Shown piece by piece: positions 20,642 to 30,498 of a stretch of DNA of 64,000 nucleotides. This DNA is from an uncultured Acidobacteriota bacterium (lineage in GTDB: Bacteria > Acidobacteriota > Vicinamibacteria > Vicinamibacterales > UBA2999), in the NCBI GenBank assembly GCA_963750995.1, contig CAVVST010000005.1:508457-572456 (forward strand). The letters run 5' to 3'. The position numbers and the translations under genes are program-made. The notes beneath the pieces were generated by a model, which ran no database searches, was not told the DNA's origin, and saw only the letters and a list, made by a program, of their open reading frames with translations. The stretch's first letter is position 1; each line of letters opens with the position of its first letter.

Positions 20642-20936
20642 CGCATCGCCAGGGCGAAGGTGGTGTACGGAGTGGCGCAAAACCGCGTGTCGGCCCAGAC
20701 ACAAGCCTGATTGATTGCTCCCCCGCGCTTCCGTGGCTGCCGCACGGGTGTTTAGAAATCCCTCTCGGCGGTACTATCAGAATCTCTAACAGATTGCGGG
20801 ACGAACGGCAGCACTACGGCTGTTTCAGAATCGGTTGATTTTGGAACGAGTCAACCGCCGATGAAGATCGGCATTGCTCAACCAGCCCGTTCCTCTTGAT
20901 TCGGCTGTCCTGCGTCATCGAGCAGGGCCTCGGAGG

Positions 20937-21629
20937 TCATGCGGCCGCCATCGGTTTAGCGGCGTAGAAAAGGGCAAATTTCTCCCAGGACCAGATCACC
21001 TCTGCAGGCGCAAAGCCGGCCGCTCGCAAGTACGACAACTGCGTTGAGGAGGGTTCAGCGATGTCGTTTTCGCGATGATCGGCGAGCACGTAAGGAATTC
21101 GCTCGGTGTCGAGCCCCGCTCCGTGCATGAAGGCGACCCATCCGTCCAGGAACGATCGCTCCAATCCTGGGTCTGATGCGATCGTAATGTCCGCGTAGAG
21201 GAACAGGCCACCCGACGCAAGAGACGCGAACACGTCCTGGACGAGGCGCTCCTTGTTTTCAACGTGATGGATGGCGAAGAACGATACGATCAGGTCGAAC
21301 GGTCCTTCAGGCAATGAGGCGTTCAGATCTTGGTCGAGAAGCTGAAGGCGTGTTCTGTGGGCGGATAGGCGCGTTGACGCAAGGTGACGCATGTTCGGCG
21401 AGAACTCGACGGCGACATAGTCAGCTTCCGGATGATTCCGGAAGAAGGCCGATGCCCATTCGCCGGTGCCGCATCCGAGTTCGAGAACGCGCTGCCTGGG
21501 GTTCGCGCTTGCGTACCGAAGTGCCAGATCCTGCACCTGACGGTAGCCCGGTATCACCCGTAGCTTCAGTTCGTCATACTCGCTCGCCAGTCGATCGAAC
21601 GTGTCACGACTACTAGATTGCGCGCACAT
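20937..21629 (-). CDS. class I SAM-dependent methyltransferase
   Basis: Motif I VLELGCGTGEW, ..FDLIVSFFAIHHVE.., ..LASGGLFLYAD.. Intact 230 aa. Confidence 0.85.
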   Translation of the reverse strand: MCAQSSSRDTFDRLASEYDELKLRVIPGYRQVQDLALRYASANPRQRVLELGCGTGEWASAFFRNHPEADYVAVEFSPNMRHLASTRLSAHRTRLQLLDQDLNASLPEGPFDLIVSFFAIHHVENKERLVQDVFASLASGGLFLYADITIASDPGLERSFLDGWVAFMHGAGLDTERIPYVLADHRENDIAEPSSTQLSYLRAAGFAPAEVIWSWEKFALFYAAKPMAAA

Positions 21630-21826
21630 TCACTACCTCCGACGACGTAGAGACTACTCCCGAGTGGTCGCCTCAGTGGCGAGTGAACTCCGGTTCCGCC
21701 GGCCAGCCCCTGTAATGCACGCGACCAACCGCCAGGACGGGGCGTTGCGCTCTCATCGCGGACCAGAATCAAGCCAGTTCCCTCCGTCGCCCGCCGTACG
21801 CGAGGGTGAGATGAACCGACGTCGCC

Positions 21827-21945
21827 GATGCCGGTGTGGTGCAGTTATGGTTCACTGGAGCGGGGTGCCGCAGGCAGACCTGGAGACGGGGACATACCGG
21901 GGTCTGGAGGCGTCTCGATGGGAGTCGGCAGGCTAGCGACAGGAG
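21827..21945. repeat. repeat family C, copy 2
   Basis: See 17359..17478. Like copy 1, it ends directly at the start of a truncated gene fragment. Confidence 0.8.
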
Positions 21946-21947
21946 CG

Positions 21948-22097
21948 ACCGACGTTTTACAACCGGTGCTGCATACGATCACGGTGCGGCTCGACAACGT
22001 GACCGACGAGCTGTACCGGAACCATCTGTCGCTGATCAAGGATTTGGCGCCGGAGATGGGGCGCAACTTCAAGCTGCTCTACAACATGAAGTTTTAG
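21948..22097 (+). pseudogene. TonB-dependent receptor, extreme C-terminal fragment
   Basis: ..VLHTITVRLDNVTDELYRNHLSLIKDLAPEMGRNFKLLYNMKF then stop; terminal Phe typical of TBDR barrels. Confidence 0.7.
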
Positions 22098-22142
22098 ACA
22101 TCGCGAATGTCGGCGTGCGGCGGGCAGGCCGATGCCACGTCC

Positions 22143-22361
22143 TCATGACGGGCCCGCTTGGATCGAGTAGGCAGCGAAGAGCCGTAGCAGCGTATAGCCG
22201 TCTGTCGGCGTTTCCGGTTCGAGCACCCGATCCTGCTTTGCCGCGATGACGACGTTTCCACCAACCTGGAACGCGTTGTACTGGTAGCGAAGGCCAGCCT
22301 GCGTCCGGAACGGTGGAAGGCGCGGGAGCGGATCGTCGGTGTCTTTCACCACCCCGTGCAC
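22143..22361 (-). pseudogene. TonB-dependent receptor fragment (the barrel segment that normally precedes the C-terminal strands)
   Basis: ..PLPRLPPFRTQAGLRYQYNAFQVGGNVVIAAKQDRVLEPETPTDGYTLLRLFAAYSIQ.. on the opposite strand, 45 bp from the C-terminal fragment. Confidence 0.65.
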
Positions 22362-22384
22362 GTAGTCAAACCCGAGCTCGGCGA

Positions 22385-22785
22385 ACAGATTCGACCTGTC
22401 GGTGCTCGAGGGCCTCGCGTACTCGACCTACTACAAGGGCCTCTTTTCCGATCTGCGAGCCGAGCTGACCGACGCCGTCCAGCGGGCGCGCTCGATCGGG
22501 CTCAACATCTGGGCCGAGGACGTCACCAACACGGGCTTCGACGTGCCAGACCTCACGGCGGTGACGGAGCGCCACGTCATCATGCCCAAGCTCTTTCGTC
22601 GGCTCGCGGCGTTTCTCGACGGCGGTGGCTCGGTCAAAGGTTTCAAGGAGTTCCTCGAGGCCAAAGACGAGCTGATTCTGATTATCTCGACCGGCCACAT
22701 AACGCACTTCGACACCGTCGTGGAAGTGGCCGGTAACATCGTGCGGATGACCGAACCGCCGGAAAATCTTGTGTTCCTAACGTAA
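22385..22785 (+). pseudogene. N-terminally truncated hypothetical protein (possibly nuclease-associated family, not firmly recognised)
   Basis: ..FDLSVLEGLAYSTYYKGLFSDLRAELTDAVQRARSIGLNIWAEDVTNTGF..VIMPKLFRRLAAFL..GHITHFDTVVEVAGNIVRMTEPPENLVFLT. It begins at the junction with the TBDR fragment and has no credible start. Confidence 0.4.
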
Positions 22786-23071
22786 GAGATGTCCGTCTGC
22801 CGTCGCGGCAGCGGCTTCGTTCAAGTCGCGCAGCGTAGAGGCAACCCGCCTTGCAGGTTGGTCGTCGGCGTTGTGCCCCCGGATTGGGCTCTAACGTTTG
22901 TCTAACGTCGACAAACACCCGTCACTTCCGGGGAGACACCGAGAGAGATCACTCTGCGGTCAAGTCGTTGAAAGGGCTGCGGAAAAGGTGCTTCGGAACG
23001 TCTCTACGTCGCTCCACCGCATCACTTTCCAAGCGTGCTCGTAATGTCCGGAAACTGGGTCTGGACCGCCA

Positions 23072-23469
23072 TGCGGCGACACGACAGTAGTAACTGAGCA
23101 GTCCACCGAGTCGCCGGCGCCGGTGGACGGGACCACTCACGCGATTGAGGCATTCTTCCTTGATCGACCGCACGAATCGTTCCGCATGCGCGTTGCAGTT
23201 CGGTGCCAGGGACGGTGTCCGGATCACCTTGACGCCTGCTGATGCGAAGAAGCCCCTCGACGGCGGCGCTCCACTTCCGCTCGCGATCGCAGATCAGCAG
23301 GGCGATTCCCGCCGAACACCTCGTCGACCTCGTTGGTGAGGTGGCGCATCGTTTGGACCACGAAGGCCTCGTCCGGATGTGGTGCTGAGCCGGGCACATG
23401 GACACGACGTGAGTGGAGTTCGATCACAAACGCCATGTAGTAGGTGACCAGCCCGCGCACGGTCCAGCT
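23072..23469 (-). pseudogene. rve integrase catalytic-core fragment (same family as 1..589), several frameshifts and an internal deletion
   Basis: WTVRGLVTYYMAFVIELHSRRVHVPGSAPHPDEAFVVQTMRHLTNEVDEVF / LLICDRERKWSAAVEGLL / VIRTPSLAPNCNAHAERFVRSIKEECLNRV / RRRRLGGLLSYYCRVAA, read in three frames. Confidence 0.7.
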
Positions 23470-23765
23470 CGCGCCCAGTGGTAACGCTGCGGTTTAACCG
23501 AACGACCTGAACCCCCTTCCCGCGCCGAGCTAGCATCGTCACGCCGTGCCTCGAACGGCCCCGGGCGGGTTCTGCACCGTGCGTAGTCGGGCTGCGCTTC
23601 TATGTTCGGTTCTTCCCTCCCGCACCGTTGATCCTAGTGACGGTGGGTCCGCGCGGCCTACGGCTCCACCGAACAAGATCAGGACAGTATTGTTCGCCGC
23701 GTCCAAGGTTGCAGTCGGCAGCCTCGCCGTTCCCGCGGCGGCGTCGGCGATGCCGATCTGCCGCA

Positions 23766-23954
23766 GGGTTGGTCAAAGGCAAGACGGTCGGTATCGATGC
23801 CACCACGCTCGAAGTGAACGCGGTGCTTATCACAGCAACCAGTCGCTCGTGGACCTCGAGGCCGTGGGACTCCGTAAGCTTCCGAGCCCGATCCCGGACG
23901 AAGGAATTGGAAGACATACCCGGCGCGCGCGATGCGGTGTATCGGAATCTTTGA
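23766..23954 (+). pseudogene. IS5/IS1182-like transposase, internal fragment
   Basis: GLVKGKTVGIDATTLEVNA resembles the ..GIDATTLEANA.. block of that family. The flanking frames are broken. Confidence 0.35.
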
Positions 23955-23975
23955 CCGCTGTTTCGAGGAGGACAC

Positions 23976-24464
23976 ATGCCAGATTTCGGAGTCTTGAATG
24001 CACCGCCGTTGGTTAAGCAAGTGGACGAAATGAGTTGCTGGGCAGCCGCTATGGAAGCGTGGCTCGCGGTCGCTTCCGGCAGGAAGCCGAGAAGCCAGCA
24101 CGAACTCATCGGTGTGATGCAACAAAAGGGGGCGCTCAACGACGAGGGATACCTGATCATCAAAAAAGGTATTCCGATCCTCGCGCAGATGGCGGGTATG
24201 AGCATCCAGGTGTTTCCGAAACACAAAAAATCCCAGTTAACGACAAGCTCCCTGCTGAAAAAGCTCGTCAAGGGACATGTATACATGGCGTACAACGTAT
24301 TCGGGATCGGTCATGCGGTTGCGGTCTACGGCGTCGTTGACGACCCGAGCAACGAACGCATTCTGGCCATGGACCCGTGGATGGGCAGGGGTTACACCAG
24401 CGACACCTTGTCCGATTACAAACGCGACTCGGACGAGTTCTTCGTCGGCTGGCCCGCGTATTAA
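23976..24464 (+). CDS. papain-like cysteine peptidase (C39/C70-like fold), no signal peptide
   Basis: Q-x5-C arrangement in LVKQVDEMSCWAAAMEAW, His in FGIGHAVAVYGV, Asp in ILAMDPWMG. Intact 162 aa and clearly more A/T-rich than its surroundings. Confidence 0.6.
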   Translation: MPDFGVLNAPPLVKQVDEMSCWAAAMEAWLAVASGRKPRSQHELIGVMQQKGALNDEGYLIIKKGIPILAQMAGMSIQVFPKHKKSQLTTSSLLKKLVKGHVYMAYNVFGIGHAVAVYGVVDDPSNERILAMDPWMGRGYTSDTLSDYKRDSDEFFVGWPAY

Positions 24465-24846
24465 GCTCACCGGGGTCCTTTCCCATTCGGCGTTTCGCGG
24501 ACCGACGCCTGACGAGATGTACTTCAGTAGAAGGGGACCCGGTTCCCGCACACCTGGCACGCGCGGCCGCCGCACACCAGACCCGTTTGGAAGCAAACCG
24601 ATGGGCGGCCTGCAGGACACGCCCATCAAATCGACGCGGCCGTCGCCCTCCGAGAAAACGCGTGAGGCCTGAGGTTCTGCAAACCTCCTTCCTTTCGCAG
24701 CTACCGAGCAGCCAATTGCTTCCGACTCGGTGATTTACGAGATGAGACCCCGTCGCGAACGCACCGTTTGTAGTCCAGTGTGGTCCATTTGCGACCGTCG
24801 GTTTGTGCTGCTCGTGCACAAGTGATCGAATTTGACCCTGTGAAAA

Positions 24847-24891
24847 TGGAGGCGCCGTCCGGATTTGAACCGGAGATGGAGGTTTTGCAGA
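24847..24891 (-). repeat. partial tRNA-Cys (3' 45 nt, anticodon loop to CCA): distal att-type direct repeat
   Basis: TGGAGGCGCCGTCCGGATTTGAACCGGAGATGGAGGTTTTGCAGA is identical base for base to 44237..44281. The 5' half of a tRNA is absent, because the next bases cannot pair with the anticodon stem. Confidence 0.9.
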
Positions 24892-24976
24892 TTAAGCGGG
24901 AAAACCCAAGTTGTTGACTCGTCCTGCTTTCTGGTGTCTGCCAAACCCTCGTTTTACCCGGTGTTTGGGCGGTTGT

Positions 24977-24997
24977 GGTCCCAAATTGGTCCCAAGT
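24977..24997. repeat. island-end motif pair GGTCCCAAATTGGTCCCAAGT
   Basis: Two GGTCCCAA units 11 nt apart, 86 nt inside the distal att repeat. The reverse complement occurs at 44155..44174. Confidence 0.7.
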
Positions 24998-25092
24998 TCG
25001 CGGCTCCGTTCCCCGCACGCGATGGCGACATTTCTCAAGCTCGTTATGTGCGCGGCCTCGCTCCGGGACGACACTCGCCAGCGTTTCTACTG

Positions 25093-25207
25093 AGAGTGGG
25101 ATTCGAACTCGCAGGCCTTCTTTAGACTCTGTAAGTTACAGATTCCACAATGACACCATTGCCGTGAGTGCCAGCGACGCCGTGGCGCATTGCCCGCCAT
25201 TGCCCGC
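25093..25207. repeat. repeat family A/B, copy B (115 nt)
   Basis: See 5082..5197. It lies ~200 nt inside the island, next to the distal att repeat. Confidence 0.85.
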
Positions 25208-25279
25208 CAGCTAACCGACCTAAGCCGTTCCGATGATCGCGCTGAATATCTGGGCCGGGCCGCTTCGCGCGTGTACGGA

Positions 25280-25482
25280 CAGCATCAAAAACGCGTTCTT
25301 GGAACATTGCATGAGCGGCCCAAACGCCAATCACCGCCGGTGATCTACGCGGCGATGTATCCGGGAACTTCGTGCCAGGAGAGCCCACCTTGTGATGCGT
25401 CTGCCACCGTGACGGCTGGGTTGAAATGCGCGCCGGAAATCGTCCCAAAAGTGGACGATCAGTGCGACGAGCGCCGCCTCGG
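25280..25482 (-). pseudogene. aquaporin/MIP channel, N-terminal fragment with stop and frameshifts
   Basis: Reverse strand reads ..AALVALIVHF / ISGAHFNPAVTVADASQGGLSWHEVPGYIAA(TAG)ITGG / VIGVWAAHAMF. It carries the NPA box and a TAG where Gln is expected. Confidence 0.5.
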
Positions 25483-25779
25483 GACCGGCGGCGGGATTTT
25501 GCGAGTCCCATACTGCTTTTCACGGGCTGGTCCCACACGCGCGAAAGCGGCGGCGTCTCAGCCGCCTTCATTTTGCTGAATTCCGCCTCAGGACTTGCCG
25601 GCAACCTTGCCAGCGTAGAGAGCTTGCCAGCGGCGTTGGTTTGATGGGTGGGAGCGGTGGTGATGAGTGGATTTATGGGGAGTCGTCTTGGGAGTCGTCG
25701 CGTGCAGCGGCTCACCTTTCGGCGCATCCTCGCGGTGGTGCTCGTGGTTGCCCGAGTTAAGCTCCCGGTTGAGGGTTAG
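25478..25779 (+). pseudogene. TauE/SafE-type sulfite exporter, C-terminal fragment, frameshifted
   Basis: LGTGGGI / PILLFTGWSHTRESGGVSAAFILLNSASGLAGNL / VGAVVMSGFMGSRLGSRRVQRLTFRRILAVVLVVARVKL, in three frames. Confidence 0.45.
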
Positions 25780-25786
25780 TCGCCGC

Positions 25787-26383
25787 TTACGTGCCGGTAT
25801 CCTCAGGCCGCAAGCCAGACAGATCGGCTCGGAGCCAGGCTTTCGCAATCGTCCACTCGCGCACGAGTGTCGCCTCTGAGATGCCGATGACTTCGGCCGC
25901 TTCTTCGATCGTCAACCCGCCGAAATACCGCAGTTCAACGATGCGCTCCTGACGTGGGTTGAAGACGGCCATACGGCCCAGTGATTCGTGCAATGCGAGG
26001 ACGTCAATCCCGCGAGGATTGCCCGCCGCCTCGTCACCCTGCAGTGTGACGCGTTCGAGCCCGCCTCCGCGCTTATCGGCTAGACGCGCTCGTGCATGAT
26101 CGACGAGGATGCGCCGCATCAGGTTCGCGGCCACGCCAAAGAAGTGCGCCCGATCGCGCCATTTGACATGCCGCAGATCGACCAGGCGGACGTAGGCTTC
26201 GTGCACGAGCGCGGTTGGCTGGAGAGAATGGCCCGCCGCCTCGCGCTGCAGCTGGGCGCCTGCGATGCGTCGGAGATGGTCGTAGACAACACCGACCAGC
26301 TGATCGAGGGCCTCTCGTCCGCCGTCGCTGACCGCGAGCAGCAGCTCCGTGATCCTTACCGTATCGGGGGCAGGGTGGCTCAT
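25787..26383 (-). CDS. ECF sigma factor, TIGR02999 / ECF43-like (kinase-associated type)
   Basis: ..ITELLLAVSDGGREALDQLVGVVYDHLRRIAGAQL..GHSLQPTALVHEAYVRLV..WRDRAHFFGVAANLMRRILVDHARARLADKRGGG..YFGGLTIEEAAEVIGISEATLVREWTIAKAWLR. Confidence 0.9.
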   Translation of the reverse strand: MSHPAPDTVRITELLLAVSDGGREALDQLVGVVYDHLRRIAGAQLQREAAGHSLQPTALVHEAYVRLVDLRHVKWRDRAHFFGVAANLMRRILVDHARARLADKRGGGLERVTLQGDEAAGNPRGIDVLALHESLGRMAVFNPRQERIVELRYFGGLTIEEAAEVIGISEATLVREWTIAKAWLRADLSGLRPEDTGT

Positions 26384-26529
26384 AGCCTGTGGGCGAGAGA
26401 ATAGGTCACGGCTTGGGGGATCTCAAGGGGAGGGGTAGAATCGCCGCCAATCCCCGGGCGAGGCCGCCCGCGCGTAATTTCTCAACGATCGCCCAACTCG
26501 GTTCGAACGGCGGAACGGAGCACCGTGAC

Positions 26530-29388
26530 ATGACACCCGAGCGTTGGGAACGGATCCGGGGCTCTATCACGCCGCCCGCGCCCATGCGGAGGGCGATCGG
26601 GCTCAATTCCTCGCCAACGCCTGTGCGGGCGACGCCGCGCTGGAGCGCGAGGTGCAGGCGCTGCTGGATCAGCCGGTGTCCACTGGCAGCTTCATTGAAT
26701 TCGTCGGCGGCCCACCCCTTGCGAAACTCCTCAGTGTCGTCACCAACGATCTGACCGGCCGGCAGCTTGGCAGCTACCGCGTGTTGTCGCTCCTCGGACG
26801 AGGCGGTATGGGCGAGGTGTATCGCGCGCACGACGCGAAGCTTGGCCGTGATGTCGCGATCAAGGTGCTGCCGCCCATGTTCACGGCGGACCGCGAGCGC
26901 GTGGCGCGGTTCGACAGCGAAGCGCGCATGCTCGCGGCGCTCAATCATCCTCATATCGGCGCCATCTACGGGCTCGAAGACTGGCGGCGGCGTGCCAGCG
27001 CTCGTGCTGGAGCTCGTCGACGGCGAGACGCTTGCCGATCGACTGCGCCGCGGGCCGATCCCGCCGCCGATGCGTTGACCATCGCGCGACAGATCGCGGA
27101 CGCGCTGGATGCCGCGCATCGAAAGCGGATCATCCACCGCGACTTGAAGCCGGCGAATATCAAGGTAACGCCCGACGGCCTCGTGAAGGTGCTGGACTTC
27201 GGCCTGGCCAAAGCGGTGGCGAGCGAGATCACAGCGACTCAGGATGTCAGCGGAGTCGCCGACGGCGGCGCATCGACGCCACGCGCGTGGGCATGATTCT
27301 CGGCACCGCGGCCTACATGAGCCCCGAGCAGGCGCGCGGCCTGCCCGTGGACGCGCGCGCAGACATCTGGGCCTTCGGCTGCGTCCTGTACGAAATGCTC
27401 ACGGGGCGGCCGCCCTTCACGGGGCAGACGGTCGCCGAGACGTTGGCAGCCATTCTCGAGCGGGAGCCCGACTGGAAGGCGTTGCCATCCTCGACGCCGG
27501 CGCGTATCCGGGAGCTCTTGCGCCACTGTTTACAGAGAGACATCGCTCTCCGCTTGCAGAACATCGCGGAGGCGCGCGCGCACGATCGACAAGGGCGCAG
27601 CGCGGAGGGAATCGGTGGCGAGTCGCCGCGATTGCCGCAGCCGCGGCGGCCGTGCTGGTGTCGATGGTGGGATGGACGCTGTTCCGCAATGCCAGCCGTG
27701 ACGGCCCGGTGACGTCGAGCTCGGACTACATTCAAATCACCGACCTGGCCGAGTCCGCTGTCGCTCCCCAGCCTGTCCCCCGACGGACGCATGGTCACCT
27801 TCAAGGTCGGCGAGAACTTTTTCCTGGGCGACGGACAGATTTACGTCAAGCTCCTGCCAAGTGGCGAATCCGTGCAGCTCACACGCGGTCGAGAGCGCAA
27901 GTACGGCCCAGTCTTCACGCCCGACGGTTCGCGGGTGGCGTATACGCAGCTCGAGACGACCCGGGACGGTCTGTCGTGGGACACGTTCACCGTGCCGGTG
28001 CTCGGCGGCGAGCCGACGCGGCTGCTGCCCAACGCGTCAGGGCTGACGTTCCTTGCCAGTGGCCGCGTGCTGTTCGCCGAAATTCGCGGTGGCCTGCACA
28101 TGGGCATCGTCGCCGCCACCGAACGCCGCTCCGAGGCGCGCGACGTGTACTTCCCACCGCATCAGCTGGGGATGGCGCACTTTGCGCACGCCTCACCGGA
28201 TGGCCAGTGGATTCTCGTGGTGGAGATGGACCAGACCCACGCCTTTGGCCTGCCGTGCCGGCTGATACCCGCCGACGGCCGCTCGGCGGGCCGCGAGGTT
28301 GGCCCCGCGGCACGTGCACGTCCGCCGCTTGGTCTCCGGACGGGCAGTGGATGTACTTCGGCGCCAGCGTCGGCGGCCGTTCGCATCTCTGGCGCCAGCG
28401 GTTTCCCGACGGGACGCCGGAGCAAATCACGGTACGGGCCCACCGAAGAGGAAGGCGTGACAGTGCGCCCGATGGCCGGTCGCTCATCACCGCTCTCGGG
28501 ATTCGTCGCAGCTCCATCTGGATTCACGACGCGACCGGTGAGCGGGCGATCGTGGCGGAAGGGTATCGCGAGGCTTCCGCGGCTGTCACAGGACGGCAGA
28601 CGCGTGTTCTTCCTCTTGCGACCCGCCGCCGACTCCGACAGTTCCGAACTGCGCGTGCTGGAGCTCGCAACGGGAGCGGTGCAGACGGTGATTCCCGGGC
28701 GTCTCGATCGTCGACTACGACATCTCCAGACGACGAGTCCGAGGTCGCCTTCACGAGCCGGGAGAACGGAGAGTCGCACATCTGGATCGCCCCTCTGGAT
28801 CGACGGAGTCCGCCACGGCGGATTGCGTCAGAGTGCGGATCAAGTGTCCTTCGGCCCTGGCGGATGATCTGATCTTCCGGTCGATTCAGATGCCGGCCAA
28901 CGCCTTGGTGCGCATCAGCAAGGATGGGGCGCGGCGGCAGCCGATCGACGGACCAGCGGTGCACGAGAAGGGCGAGGTCTCCCCCGACGGCCGGTGGGTG
29001 ATCGTCTACTCGCCGGGGTCAAGCGTGACGGAGCCCGTGGCGACCTTTGCCGTGCCGATCGACGGCGGGCCTGCCCGTCGGATTTGCATGCCTTATTGCG
29101 CAGCGGGTTGGTCAGCCGACGGCCAGTTGTTCAGCATTGGCGTCGACCTCGACCTTGCAAACGGAGCCCCGAGCAGGACGCTCGTCATTCCGCTCGCCGA
29201 GCCTTCGTCGATTCCTGAATTGCCCGCGGGCGTGCACGCGATCTTCGACTACGCCGCGCTGGCGAAACAGCCCGGCGTGCGCGCGCTCGAGCATGGTGGC
29301 GTGTCGATCGGATCGGACCCGGCCACCTACGTCGTTCACAAAGGCGGAGTTTCACACCAACCTGTTCCAGATCCCACTCCGGCGGTAA
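26530..29388 (+). pseudogene. Ser/Thr protein kinase with TM segment and PD40/TolB-like propeller; at least 10 reading-frame switches
   Basis: Pieces lie in alternating frames. N-terminal and kinase part: MTPERWERI / [62 protein letters not shown] / [16 protein letters not shown] / [19 protein letters not shown] / [10 protein letters not shown].. / [19 protein letters not shown]. Propeller blades: ..FTPDGSRVAY..SPDGQWIL..SPDGQWMYF..APDGRSLI..LSQDGRRVFF... It ends FTKAEFHTNLFQIPLRR. Confidence 0.85.
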
Positions 29389-29580
29389 ATCCGCCGGCCC
29401 CGCTGTTCTCCAGAGGCGCAGCCTAACTCGAAAGGGCCGGTCAGGCCCGCTGAACCGCATATTCGGGCCCGTGAGGTAATTCGCCCTCCCTTTACGCCAT
29501 CTGTGGTGAGGGTCGGATCACGAGCGCAGGTCCAGGCCGGCCCTCCCGAATGCGAATAGCGCTCACGAGGAGGACAACCC

Positions 29581-30498
29581 ATGCTTTGGATGAGATCTGC
29601 CCGCAGTTCGATTCGTGTGACCGCCGTCTTGACATTGCTGGTCCTTGCCGGCGCCGCGAGCGGTCTGGCTCAGGATATGACGGGAACGTTCGTTCCGATC
29701 GTGGTGCCGGGCGCGACATTCACCGCGGCGCGCGCCATTACGGCGGACGGGCGCATCGTCGGGTTTTTCAACGATGCGACGGGCCAACACGGATTCCTGC
29801 TTGCGGACGGTTACTTCACAACGATCGACGTTCCCGTATCCGGGGCGAGATCCACTAATGTATTCGGCATCAATGCCCGCGGCGACATCGTCGGCAGTTG
29901 GGTTGACGGTGGCGGCGTCCAACACGGATTCCACTGGCCGGCCCATGGGCCTTTCACCGTAATCAATGGGCCGGGAGCGATCCGCACACTTGCCCGCGGG
30001 ATCAACGCCGCCGGAGACATCGTTGGGTACTACGACACGGCGGATAAACGCCACGGGTTTCTGTTGAGACGCGACGGTGTTTTCAGCACGATCGACCTGA
30101 ACGGCACGCAAGGCCCGCCGCCAAACGGAACGTTCACTCAATGGATCAACGCCCGCGGCGATCTCGTCGGCTCGTTCTTCGACGGTTCCGTCCACGGATT
30201 CCTTATGACGGACGACCAGGTGACGCAGCTTGACGTGCCGTTTCCAGGCGCCATCAACACCAATGCACCCGGCCTGAACGACCGGGGTGATATTGTCGGT
30301 TTCTATACTGTAGGCGGCCGTCAGGTGGCATTCAGACGCGATCGTCATGGGAATTACGCGTCCCTCGACGCACCGACGCTCACGCCAGCCTCCAGCACGC
30401 TGGCGATCGGCGTTAACACGCCGGGCGACATCGTCGGGCAGTACACCGACCTGGGCGTGACGCGCGGTTTCGTGATGTATCGAGCACAAACCCCCTAA
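29581..30498 (+). CDS. secreted HAF-family (TIGR03803-like) extracellular repeat protein
   Basis: Signal peptide ..VTAVLTLLVLAGAASGLAQ, then ~7 repeats of the type GINarGDIVG.y.d..g..HGFL...G.ft.id. Confidence 0.8.
   Translation: MLWMRSARSSIRVTAVLTLLVLAGAASGLAQDMTGTFVPIVVPGATFTAARAITADGRIVGFFNDATGQHGFLLADGYFTTIDVPVSGARSTNVFGINARGDIVGSWVDGGGVQHGFHWPAHGPFTVINGPGAIRTLARGINAAGDIVGYYDTADKRHGFLLRRDGVFSTIDLNGTQGPPPNGTFTQWINARGDLVGSFFDGSVHGFLMTDDQVTQLDVPFPGAINTNAPGLNDRGDIVGFYTVGGRQVAFRRDRHGNYASLDAPTLTPASSTLAIGVNTPGDIVGQYTDLGVTRGFVMYRAQTP

Noticed and set aside
19297-23469. The transposase N-terminus at 19.3 kb (plus strand) and the catalytic core at 23.4 kb (minus strand) as one gene split by a 3.8-kb inversion
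   Set aside because: The two pieces belong to different rve subfamilies. The 23-kb core (..GLVTYY..LICDRERKW..PNCNAHAERFVRSIKEECL) matches the family of the copy at 1-589, not the LEILALRHQL..WGAPRIHGEL family of 19297-19697.
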